Of a stretch of DNA of 64,000 nt, positions 56,021-64,000 are shown in pieces. Source of the DNA: Candidatus Nealsonbacteria bacterium (GTDB taxonomy: Bacteria; Patescibacteriota; Minisyncoccia; Minisyncoccales; JANBVM01). Numbering within the stretch: position 1 is the stretch's first letter; every line of letters begins with the position of its first letter. The stretch covers positions 386,000-449,999 of the forward strand of contig CP061210.1 in NCBI GenBank assembly GCA_026016225.1, in the 5' to 3' direction. The translations under genes and the position numbers were made by a program. The notes under the pieces are model-generated. The model searched no databases. It was not told the DNA's origin and saw nothing but the letters and a program-made list of their open reading frames with translations.

Positions 56021-56362
56021 TTATTCCAATTCTATAGCTACCAGTCCAAATTTTGCTATTTTCTTATTGTAGTTGGGAAAACTATAATAAATTCTCTTAG
56101 CTTCCTCTATAGAAGAAACAAAGGGCATTATTTTCTTTAAGTTAAGTTTTTTTAACATTCTATCTATAGTTTTGAAATAACTTACTTTCTTGACTCTTTT
56201 CTCCAACCTTTGCTTCCCACACACAAAAACTAAAGTATCTCCTTTTTTAATATTGAGGAATTTATCTGTTGCTGCTCTGGTTTCTATTGTTTTAGAGCCT
56301 TGTCTTAAAGTGTCAAAAAAAAATTTATCTATTTTTCTAATACGTAATAAATATTTTTTCAT
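56021..56362 (-). CDS. ASCH (PUA-like) domain protein
   Basis: GSKTIETRA and KKGDTLVF pattern typical of ASCH. Confidence 0.55.
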   Translation of the reverse strand: MKKYLLRIRKIDKFFFDTLRQGSKTIETRAATDKFLNIKKGDTLVFVCGKQRLEKRVKKVSYFKTIDRMLKKLNLKKIMPFVSSIEEAKRIYYSFPNYNKKIAKFGLVAIELE

Positions 56363-56365
56363 AAA

Positions 56366-56638
56366 TTAATTTTTTAAGGATTTCAGAAAATCCTCGATAC
56401 TTCCAAACATTTTATCAAATGCCATTAAGTATCCGCTTTCTGCTTTTTCAGGATTTCCAATTAAAATACATTCTTTACCCAAACCTTTAGCATATCCTGT
56501 CTCTAAATGAGCTGAAATCCCAGCTGGTAAAAGTAAAATTATTGCATCAGCTTTCTTGATGCTCTTTCTATCCTCTTCTGCAACTTGTTTAACTCTTTCA
56601 TTTACCTGCCAATTTCTCATTGCTTCCCATTCTCTCAT
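56366..56638 (-). pseudogene. C-terminal part of a nucleoside 2-deoxyribosyltransferase-like gene
   Basis: KKADAIILLLPAGISAHLETGYAKGLGKECILIG matches the family core. The N-terminal Rossmann strand is missing. Confidence 0.5.
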
Positions 56639-56988
56639 TGCTTCTTCTGGGTCTTTTTGAGTACCTCTTTGAATTCACAGATACTGTCGGTGCCTTTGAC
56701 GAGTTTAAGAATTCCTTCAACACCAATCGTTTTTAGAACAAAGTTAGTGAACATCATTGGAAAACCTTTAAGGGAATGTATAAAAAAGCCACTATCCATA
56801 GCTATTAATGGCTTTCGAAAAATTTTATATGCATATTTAGCTTTTTTGACAGCTATTTCTTCAACACTGCCACGGGATTCAGGAATTTCTAAATTCTTCT
56901 GAGTAACATCAATTCCGAATCTCTTTAAATAAGTCTTAGCGGAAAAGTCTTTTGCTTTATTTGACGTGACAAAATATATTTTCTTCAT
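56635..56988 (-). pseudogene. N-terminal half of a Ham1/RdgB ITPase-like gene
   Basis: IYFVTSNKAK, EIPESRGSVEEIAVKKA and AMDSGFFIHSLKGFP match ITPase. The expected ~80 C-terminal residues are absent. Confidence 0.55.
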
Positions 56989-57130
56989 GGTTTTATTTTT
57001 TTGGTTTATCTTTTTACTTGATAAATTTTAAGTGCCTACTTACTATCTTTTTCTTTATTCTGAAAAAACAATTCTTGGAACAACTTTTGTCCCTTCTTTT
57101 GTAAATCTTTTGTCTTTTCATCTCCCAAAG

Positions 57131-57856
57131 CTAGAGTTTTTTAATTCCTAAATAAATTCCTCTGTTTTTCATTAATCCTCTTTTTAAAAACTTTGCTTGA
57201 AGACCAACTTCTTTCATAATTTCTAAAGTTTTATCAACTTCGAAAAGCCTCAATTCGTGCCTATCTATAAAATGTTTGACATCTTTATTTTTCTCTGCAA
57301 TTAAATAATGCATATCCATAACCGAGATGTTTCCTTTGATTTTTGAAATGTTTAATCTAGCAATTTTTATATTTTCTCCATTATAAATTGTTATATGGGG
57401 TAATCCTACTCTGTAAGTAGATTTTGTAAACCACGGTTCAATTATCAAAATACCACCTGCTTTTAGGTGTTTAGCGAAGTTCTGTATAGCTTTTCTTAAA
57501 TTTGAATAAGTTTTTATATAACCAATTGAACTAAACAAACAAGTAATTACATCAAATTTTTTATTGAGGCTTAACGTTACCATATCTGCTTTTTTAAAAA
57601 CAACCCCTTTTACATTTTTTCTTGCGACGCTAAGCACCTCTTTACTGATATCAACACCTGTGCAAGAAAAATTATCTTTTAGATAACTAAGGTGCTTTCC
57701 TGTACCGCAAGCAACATCAAGAAGTTCATTTCCATCTGATTTTTTATATTTTAAAATTAATTTCTTTATCGTATTTGATTCTTTCTTATAATCTTTCCAT
57801 AAGTAAATCAGGTCGTAATATTTCGCAAGCTTATGGTAAATCATTTTTTTCTTCAT
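57131..57856 (-). CDS. class I SAM-dependent methyltransferase
   Basis: Motif I LLDVACGTGKH and a post-I acidic residue. Confidence 0.8.
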   Translation of the reverse strand: MKKKMIYHKLAKYYDLIYLWKDYKKESNTIKKLILKYKKSDGNELLDVACGTGKHLSYLKDNFSCTGVDISKEVLSVARKNVKGVVFKKADMVTLSLNKKFDVITCLFSSIGYIKTYSNLRKAIQNFAKHLKAGGILIIEPWFTKSTYRVGLPHITIYNGENIKIARLNISKIKGNISVMDMHYLIAEKNKDVKHFIDRHELRLFEVDKTLEIMKEVGLQAKFLKRGLMKNRGIYLGIKKL

Positions 57857-57910
57857 ATTTATATTTATGCTAATCTTTTAACTCTTCTCCAACAGAGTTT
57901 ATTTTCTCTT

Positions 57911-58462
57911 TCAGGTTATATTAAAAGTTTTATCAATCTTTTTCTTACAAAACATTAAAAAATCATAAACTTCTTTTTCAGACCATATTTTAAGATTAAG
58001 AGATTTTAACACTTTCATTATGTATTCTTCTGGTTTTCTGATTAATTTATTATTAATAAATTCTGCTTCATAAAAATAGTAATTATTAGGACACTTAACA
58101 AGGGCAAATTCAATACTTTTATATTCAAAAATATAACTTTCTCTAATAGCAATTCCTCCTTTTTTATATCCAAGAGCAGCCAAAAGTTTCTGAGCTTTCT
58201 TAACGAACCTTGTTTCAATTGGTAATATTATCTCTTGTCTTCTTCTTGCTCCCCAAAAACCTTTTTTTACAACAATCTCTGAATCGCCATCTGTACTTCT
58301 TATCTTAAGATCAAGATTTTTGTTAGGGAAATAGAATACAAATGTTTTTCTTTTCATCTTTTTAACGAATCTTGCTTCTTTTTTTAGAAATTTAAATAGC
58401 TTCTGAAATCCAGTTATTGTTAATGGTCCACGAAACTCAATTTCTGTTGCCATATATTTCAT
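57911..58462 (-). CDS. CYTH-domain protein (class IV adenylate cyclase / triphosphatase fold)
   Basis: ATEIEFRG start pattern and alternating charged beta strands. The internal ATG at 58462 is preferred. Confidence 0.55.
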   Translation of the reverse strand: MKYMATEIEFRGPLTITGFQKLFKFLKKEARFVKKMKRKTFVFYFPNKNLDLKIRSTDGDSEIVVKKGFWGARRRQEIILPIETRFVKKAQKLLAALGYKKGGIAIRESYIFEYKSIEFALVKCPNNYYFYEAEFINNKLIRKPEEYIMKVLKSLNLKIWSEKEVYDFLMFCKKKIDKTFNIT

Positions 58463-58563
58463 TGTTTTTGGCTTTGTGGGGGTTGGTTTGATAATACAAA
58501 AGAGACTAAAATAGCAATTAAAAGCTTCACCTTTCAAAAAGTGGAGCTTTTTTTCTTTTACAA

Positions 58564-59109
58564 TTAAGATAAATCCAAAAACATTATTATCTCATCAACT
58601 AATTTTCCCTTAAATTGATTATGTTTTGGAATTTTAGCCACTTTTTTAAAACCATATTTTCTATAAAACCTGATAGCTATTTTGTTTGTGGAGAAAACAC
58701 CTAATTTGATAATTTTTGGCTTCGGTTTCAATTCTCTTTTAGCTAACTTTATTATTTCATTTGTTAAATAGGTACCCAAACCTATTCCTCGATAACCCTT
58801 TCTAATAGTAATTCCAAAATTTCCAAGGTGGTTTTGCCGTTCTTTACGCAAATCAATTTGGGTAGTGCCGACAACAATATCATTATGCTCTGCTATTAAG
58901 AAAACCGTCTTTCGATTCTTAATTCTTCTTAATTGTTCCTCTAACCACTTTTTTTCTTGTTTCAATGATAATTCTTTATTGAGGAGGATTTGTGCATTCT
59001 CTTTAATTAAAGAGTTTATGAAATTCTGGAGTTTCTTAACGTTTTTTAAATCTCCTCTTGAAAGTTTCTTTATTTTTATTTTCTTTTTACCAAAAATTTT
59101 AGTTTTCAC
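58564..59109 (-). CDS. GNAT-family N-acetyltransferase
   Basis: RKGYRGIGLGTYL acetyl-CoA binding motif. Confidence 0.8.
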   Translation of the reverse strand: MKTKIFGKKKIKIKKLSRGDLKNVKKLQNFINSLIKENAQILLNKELSLKQEKKWLEEQLRRIKNRKTVFLIAEHNDIVVGTTQIDLRKERQNHLGNFGITIRKGYRGIGLGTYLTNEIIKLAKRELKPKPKIIKLGVFSTNKIAIRFYRKYGFKKVAKIPKHNQFKGKLVDEIIMFLDLS

Positions 59110-59265
59110 GTTTCTTTAAAGATTTTTTAATTAATTTAATTTTATGTTTCCCATTATAATTTTATATTACAACTTTTTAATTCGAAAACAAACCCCCGTG
59201 CCAACGGCGCAGGGAGTTAACTTTAGACTGAAGCTATTTATATCTTCTAATAAGATTTACTTCCT

Positions 59266-59493
59266 TTACAGATATTTAAGAAACTCTTTTTTAGAAAGTT
59301 CTGCTTGTTTAACGATTCGAAAAAGAGTTGTTCGAGGGATATCCCTTGAATGAATAGGAATAGTAACTCGCAAATGAGATTTTGTTTTATGAAATAGTCT
59401 AACATGACTGCCAGTTTGATGATGGATATGAAAACCGGCTCTTCGAAGAGCACGGAGCACTTGTTTTGGCTTTAACGCTGGTAAAGCAACCAT
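59266..59493 (-). CDS. hicA: HicA mRNA-interferase toxin
   Basis: KPKQVLRALRRAGFHIHHQTGSHVRLFH. Confidence 0.8.
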   Translation of the reverse strand: MVALPALKPKQVLRALRRAGFHIHHQTGSHVRLFHKTKSHLRVTIPIHSRDIPRTTLFRIVKQAELSKKEFLKYL

Positions 59494-59763
59494 TTATTTT
59501 AGAGAAAAAGAAATTTTAACCTTTTCTTTTATTGGTTTTCTAAATGGTTGGAATTTTTTAGGAATTATTTCTCTGCTTTTTAATGCACTTTCCAGATAGC
59601 AACGAAGTGCATCTTTAGCCATTTCTTTTGCCTCCTTTAAGGTGCGGCCAAAGGTACAAATTTCTGGGATAGCGGGAAAAATAACATCAAACCCACCCTC
59701 TTTTAGGGGTTCATAGATAACTGTAAAAGAACATTCATTTGTTCTTGAGATTTTCTTTCTCAT
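59494..59763 (-). CDS. hicB: HicB-like antitoxin
   Basis: FTVIYEPLKEGGFDVIFPAIPEICTFGRTLKEAKEMAKDAL. Its stop abuts the hicA start. Confidence 0.75.
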   Translation of the reverse strand: MRKKISRTNECSFTVIYEPLKEGGFDVIFPAIPEICTFGRTLKEAKEMAKDALRCYLESALKSREIIPKKFQPFRKPIKEKVKISFSLK

Positions 59764-59914
59764 ACACTTTTATCTTAATCTATTTTGATTTTTTGTCAAA
59801 CTTGCTTGATAAAGCTATTTTCTTTCGTTCCAAAGAACAAGAAGGTATCTTAATTGAAAATCCGCTAGTAGTTAATTTATTAAAATTCTTTTTCTTGACT
59901 TTGTGGAAGTTGGT

Positions 59915-60541
59915 TTAGAGAAACTTTGTTTCTAAAACATATTTATTAACTAATTCTAACCACCACTCGTCACTGTCAGTTTTAATAAGCTGTTCTCCGA
60001 ATTGTCGGGCTTTTTTTGTTTTTAGCCTGTTTAAAGAAACTGTCAGCCATTTTTTGGCTTTTTGATTCCCCAAATTAAAACCTTCTTTTTCTAAAAGCAT
60101 GCCAGCTAAAATATCAGCATCTTTAACGAGTTTAGCTTCCAAAGTTTTTTCTGCATAGAATTCCTTGAAGAGTTTTTCAAGAGAAAATTCTTCTAACTGG
60201 TAGTTCTTGGAAATTTCTTCAATTATCTTTGGGTCATTTAAGGGCTGACTATAGAATTTATTTATTAGATTTCGTTCTCCTCCCCGAGCTTTAACTAAAT
60301 TACGAATGAGGCACATCTTTAATATTTTGTTTTCGTTTGCTGTTTCTAATTTAGCTAATATCCAACCAATTATAGCAGTATAAAAGCTATGTTCTGCTAC
60401 ATTTTCTTTCAAGGGACCTTTAAGATATGAAAGAGAGGCACGAGGAAGATGTTTTAAAATCCGAAACTCCAATAAAAAATTAACAAGTTTTTCAATTTTT
60501 TCTAAGGAAAATTTTTGTTTTACATTTTTTTTCTTTTTCAT
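59915..60541 (-). CDS. YfbR-like HD-superfamily protein with the HD dyad replaced
   Basis: ENVAEHSF and KDADILA align to YfbR, but the position of YHD...TGD reads IRN...GGE. Confidence 0.6.
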   Translation of the reverse strand: MKKKKNVKQKFSLEKIEKLVNFLLEFRILKHLPRASLSYLKGPLKENVAEHSFYTAIIGWILAKLETANENKILKMCLIRNLVKARGGERNLINKFYSQPLNDPKIIEEISKNYQLEEFSLEKLFKEFYAEKTLEAKLVKDADILAGMLLEKEGFNLGNQKAKKWLTVSLNRLKTKKARQFGEQLIKTDSDEWWLELVNKYVLETKFL

Positions 60542-60562
60542 TTTATTTTTAAATATTTAATA

Positions 60563-62125
60563 CTATTTTAGACCTTTTTTAGTTGTTTTTTTAAGCTTTT
60601 TCTCTAATTCCAAAACCTTCTTCTCTAGCTTTAAAATCTTTATTCCCTTCTCAACAGTTAATCTATAAAATCTTTCTAGATCTTCTTTTCGTTTTTTAAC
60701 TTCGCTGTACAAAAGGGTGTTTCTTAAAGCAACTGAAGCTTCAAGGGAGAAGGTTGCTAAAAGCTCTATATCTTCTTCTGAAAAGGCTTCTGAAGAAAAT
60801 CTTTCGCCCAAAAATATTATTCCAATTACTTTTCTTTCGAACAAAAGAGGTATCACAACCTCGATTTTTAATTCTTTAAGTTTGTTATTGAGGCTTTTTA
60901 GTTTTTCTTTTTCTTCCTTAGCTTTTACTTTCTTTAAAGGGATTAAAATTTCTTGAGTTCCAAAGGGCTTTTTATTTTTTTTAACCAGAGCCAAAAAAGA
61001 TTCATCTTTGGAAAACTTTAGAATTTCTTTTTTTTTAAAACCAAGAACTTTCTGTAAGTGAAAACCTTCTTTTCTTGGTTTCTTTGTCAAAATAGCTATT
61101 TTATTTAAGTCAAAAGTCTTTTTTAATGTCTCTGTGAGTAAATAAGAGAGTTTTTTCATTTCTAAAAGACAATAGAGTTCTTTTTCTAAATCTGAAACAA
61201 TAATTTTACGTTTGAAAAATCCAGGATAGAAATATATTCTGGTGAGATTCTCATAAAATTTATTTAACTGCAACAAACCAAAACTGAAAAGTAAAATTAG
61301 AGGTAAGAGTTGAAAAAAGCTAACAGAGACTGGAAGTTGATACTGAATAAAAATTATTAAAAAAATTCCCCAAAAAACAGTAAAAAGGGAAAATAAAAAA
61401 GCCACTGTTTTTCCAGGAGCTACCCCGATATCCATTAGTCGGTAACGGATAATGGTATAAGAAGTTAATCCTACCCAGACAGAAGAAAGTAAAGCACTGA
61501 TATCAGTATAAGGACCAGTTTTCCCTTTTAAAAGGGGTAGAATTCCTGTAAACAATATACCACCAATACTATAGATTACAAGACCAAGAACTAAATATTT
61601 TATCTGCAACCTTCTAAGACCTCTGCTTTGAAAATAATCTCTTAAAATATAAATTAAACCTGTTGTAATTGCAAAGATAATATAGAACCTTCCTAAAGGG
61701 TTTAATATTCCTGGTTTTATAAGGATTTCTGATGATTCTGTGTTGATAGATTCAATAAAATAAGGAGTGGTCAAAGATAAAAAAGCAATTATTCCAGCTG
61801 TTAAATACCAAAGAAAAGCTTTTAGCCGAATATGTTTTGTTTTTCTTGTAAAATAATAGAGAAAAGTAAAGTAAGCTGGTAAGATAAGGATTCCAAGCCA
61901 AGTAGCTCTTGTCCAAAAAAGTTTAATTGAATAAGAAAACGGGCCTTTCGCAGAAAGATCAGATAAGGCACACGTGAAACAGTAAAGCGCAGAAAATAAG
62001 GCAACAAAACCTAAATGAAAAGAAACTTTATTTTCCTTTCTTTTTCCAAAAAGCAAAAAAGCTAATACCAAATTAAAAAAAGTACAAAAAAAGAGTAAAA
62101 TTCCTCTCAAAAGTAAAATCTCCAT
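60563..62125 (-). CDS. membrane sensor-like protein: N-terminal ~8 TM region + GAF domain + coiled coil
   Basis: Histidine-kinase-type 7TM-like N-terminus and a GAF-like end (VIGIIFLGERFSSEAFSEEDIELLATF). No kinase or cyclase output domain. Confidence 0.55.
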   Translation of the reverse strand: MEILLLRGILLFFCTFFNLVLAFLLFGKRKENKVSFHLGFVALFSALYCFTCALSDLSAKGPFSYSIKLFWTRATWLGILILPAYFTFLYYFTRKTKHIRLKAFLWYLTAGIIAFLSLTTPYFIESINTESSEILIKPGILNPLGRFYIIFAITTGLIYILRDYFQSRGLRRLQIKYLVLGLVIYSIGGILFTGILPLLKGKTGPYTDISALLSSVWVGLTSYTIIRYRLMDIGVAPGKTVAFLFSLFTVFWGIFLIIFIQYQLPVSVSFFQLLPLILLFSFGLLQLNKFYENLTRIYFYPGFFKRKIIVSDLEKELYCLLEMKKLSYLLTETLKKTFDLNKIAILTKKPRKEGFHLQKVLGFKKKEILKFSKDESFLALVKKNKKPFGTQEILIPLKKVKAKEEKEKLKSLNNKLKELKIEVVIPLLFERKVIGIIFLGERFSSEAFSEEDIELLATFSLEASVALRNTLLYSEVKKRKEDLERFYRLTVEKGIKILKLEKKVLELEKKLKKTTKKGLK

Positions 62126-62134
62126 ATTTTTAGA

Positions 62135-63451
62135 TTAACTTTTAATTTTCAATTTTAAACTTAAATTATATATATCCCCTGCCCCCATAATTATTACTAC
62201 TTGGCCTTTTTTTATATTTTGCTTTAAGAATTTTTCTAATTTTTCTTTAGTTAGATAAATTACAGAGGATTTGTTAACTGCCTTTACCAATTTTTTACTG
62301 TTTACTTTTCTTTTGATTTCTTTTGTTTCTCTGCCAACTACACTATAAATATCAGTAATGATTAATTTATTTACAGGAGCTTTCTTGAATGCTTTAACAA
62401 ATTCATTAAACAAATAATGGGTTCTTTGATATTGATGGGGTTGATAAATACACCAGATTTCTTTTTTGGGAAACTTTTCCCGAGCTGCTTTTAAAGTCAC
62501 CCTAACTTGAGTTGGATGGTGTCCATAATCATCTATTAGGGTATAGGGTTTAGGGTATAGGATTTTAGTGATGTCAAAGCGACGCCAAGATGATTTATAT
62601 TGAGATAAAGACTTAAAAGATGTTTTATTCGGGATTTTTAGGGCTCGAGCTACGTTTAAAGCAGCTAATGCATTTAAAACATTAAAGTCACCGGGAACTT
62701 TTAAAATCTTTTTTATTTTCTTTGCTTCTTTATCTTTTAAGGAATAATAAATAATTTTATATTTTAATTCTTTATTTTTTAATATTTTAGAAATATTTTT
62801 GTCATCCTTAATTGCAATTAAGATTCCGTTTTCTGGTAAATGAGAAATGAATTTTTTAAAGCTTTTTAAAAGATTGTCTAAGTTTTTATAAAAATCTAAG
62901 TGGTCAGATTCAAGGATTGTCAAAACAATTATCTTTGGCCAGTAATTCAAAAAAGAAGCAAAATGTTCGTCAGCTTCAATAATTAAGTATTTTGACTTTC
63001 CTACCCTGCAGTTTGAGTCACCGAATTCTTTAAGCTTTGTTCCAACAATCACTGTTGGATCTAAACCTGCTCTTGTTAATAAAAGGCTGAGCATTGCAGC
63101 TGTTGTGCTTTTTCCATGACTACCTGCTACTGCAATTGTAAAATATTTTTTTGTTAGTTCTCCTAAAGCTTGGGGATAGCTTTGGACTTTTATACCTAAT
63201 TTTTTAGCTTTTTTTTGTTCTGGATTATCTTGTTTTACAGCAGGGCTATAAACCACCAAATCAATATCTTTTGATATATTTTTAGCTTTGTGTTTTCCAA
63301 TGCAAATCTTAACCCCTTTTTTCTTAAAGGCTTCGGTGAGCTCTGAAGAAACCAAATCAGAACCTGTTATTTTGTGGCCTTTTGATAAATAATATCTGGC
63401 TAAAGCTGAAACTCCTATTCCGCCTATACCGATGAAATGGATATGCTTCAT
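62135..63451 (-). CDS. murC: UDP-MurNAc--L-alanine ligase MurC
   Basis: HFIGIGGIGVSALA and the GSHGKSTT P-loop. Confidence 0.9.
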   Translation of the reverse strand: MKHIHFIGIGGIGVSALARYYLSKGHKITGSDLVSSELTEAFKKKGVKICIGKHKAKNISKDIDLVVYSPAVKQDNPEQKKAKKLGIKVQSYPQALGELTKKYFTIAVAGSHGKSTTAAMLSLLLTRAGLDPTVIVGTKLKEFGDSNCRVGKSKYLIIEADEHFASFLNYWPKIIVLTILESDHLDFYKNLDNLLKSFKKFISHLPENGILIAIKDDKNISKILKNKELKYKIIYYSLKDKEAKKIKKILKVPGDFNVLNALAALNVARALKIPNKTSFKSLSQYKSSWRRFDITKILYPKPYTLIDDYGHHPTQVRVTLKAAREKFPKKEIWCIYQPHQYQRTHYLFNEFVKAFKKAPVNKLIITDIYSVVGRETKEIKRKVNSKKLVKAVNKSSVIYLTKEKLEKFLKQNIKKGQVVIIMGAGDIYNLSLKLKIKS

Positions 63452-64000
63452 TGCTTCATTGATTCATTGCTTAATGGGATTGATTCAAGAATGTTATATT
63501 CAGCTCCTGTTCTTTTTAGTTGACTTTCCATTACTTCAATTGAATTTACCCCAAAACTCAAAGAAGTATCCTCATTTACACTGGGTCTTTCTTCAGGTTC
63601 AATTTGTCTGAATTCCCAAGCTTTTATTCTTCCCAAAGTTATATGGGGAGAATATGCTCTTTTTTCTGGTTTGATAAATTTTTTGGCAGTGGAAGCTAAA
63701 AGAGAATTTTCTAACCCTTGTTGTAGTTTTCCAAGTTCTTCTGATTTTTCACCGCTTGCCCAGACCATTCTGGGGGGCATTTTTTTAGGCGGACCGTAGC
63801 AAATTTTCTTTAAATTTATTGTAAAGACTCTATTTTTTTCAGCTATTTCTTTGGTAATTTTGCAAATTTCTGGAATTTCTTCATCTCTTGCATAACCAAT
63901 AAAAACCAAAGTGATATGTAAATTCTCTTTTTTTGTCCACCTCACCGGCAATTCAGGCCAATTTGTCTGATAATCAGCAAGTTTCTTTTTTATTTTTTCC
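63448..64000 (-). CDS. 2H phosphoesterase (LigT/ThpR-like), 5' end beyond the window
   Basis: Two HxT motifs (LHITLVF, PHITLGR). The frame stays open upstream of the TTG at 63951 to the window edge. Confidence 0.75.
   Translation of the reverse strand, partial: EKIKKKLADYQTNWPELPVRWTKKENLHITLVFIGYARDEEIPEICKITKEIAEKNRVFTINLKKICYGPPKKMPPRMVWASGEKSEELGKLQQGLENSLLASTAKKFIKPEKRAYSPHITLGRIKAWEFRQIEPEERPSVNEDTSLSFGVNSIEVMESQLKRTGAEYNILESIPLSNESMKQ

Noticed and set aside
59144-59453. ORFs 59144..59353 (+) and 59247..59453 (-) around hicA
   Set aside because: They overlap the clear hicA frame or the promoter-side spacer, and have no motifs.

Overview
The window is a visibly AT-rich bacterial chromosome segment with small, tightly packed genes. 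By inference it looks like a reduced-genome Patescibacteria/CPR-type organism. All calls come from reading the ORF translations and the DNA by eye; no database search or computation was run.

Housekeeping backbone:
- Cell-envelope genes: murF, a femAB-like gene, an ftsQ-like gene, a GT-C glycosyltransferase and corA.
- A heat-shock operon, hrcA-grpE-DUF3467-dnaK-dnaJ, with a degenerate CIRCE operator, followed by tRNA-Lys(UUU).
- ctp, rplI, pyrG, uppS, uppP, purA, an ABC exporter and mpg.
- On the minus strand, gltX and a dcw block (murG, ftsW, murD, a PP-loop protein, mraY), then a DD-carboxypeptidase, aspS, murC and a LigT-like gene.

Two accessory regions interrupt this backbone.

1. Positions 24.9-39.2 kb form a defence-type island. 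It carries:
- lexA co-transcribed with a 2-TM coiled-coil gene.
- A type II methyltransferase/endonuclease pair.
- A wHTH / HEPN / zinc-ribbon membrane trio.
- A frameshifted Excalibur-domain gene and a frameshifted DUF167 gene.
- A DUF262/DUF1524 (GmrSD-like) nuclease.
- A Panacea (DUF4065) antitoxin with a putative toxin.
- A Xer-like tyrosine recombinase plus a 68-bp relic of a second copy.
- A 537-aa UG/Abi-like reverse transcriptase with a single-TM partner of unknown fold.
- A recurring ~20-bp site with core TTGTGCGACAT in the island's intergenic DNA. Some copies form 22-bp 8-6-8 imperfect palindromes.
- A 43-bp inverted repeat pair that brackets 12.2 kb and separates the RT from its partner gene.
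- Three copies of a site-plus-terminator cassette-end element.

2. Positions 51.3-60.5 kb hold small nucleotide-pool enzymes: an NTase, a Nudix-HD fusion, ndk, MazG, ASCH, CYTH, a YfbR-like HD protein and truncated ITPase/NDT genes. The region also has hicBA, an XRE regulator, gene fragments and permuted repeats.

The best candidates for something undescribed are the RT module and the multi-site recombinase-linked cassette architecture around it.
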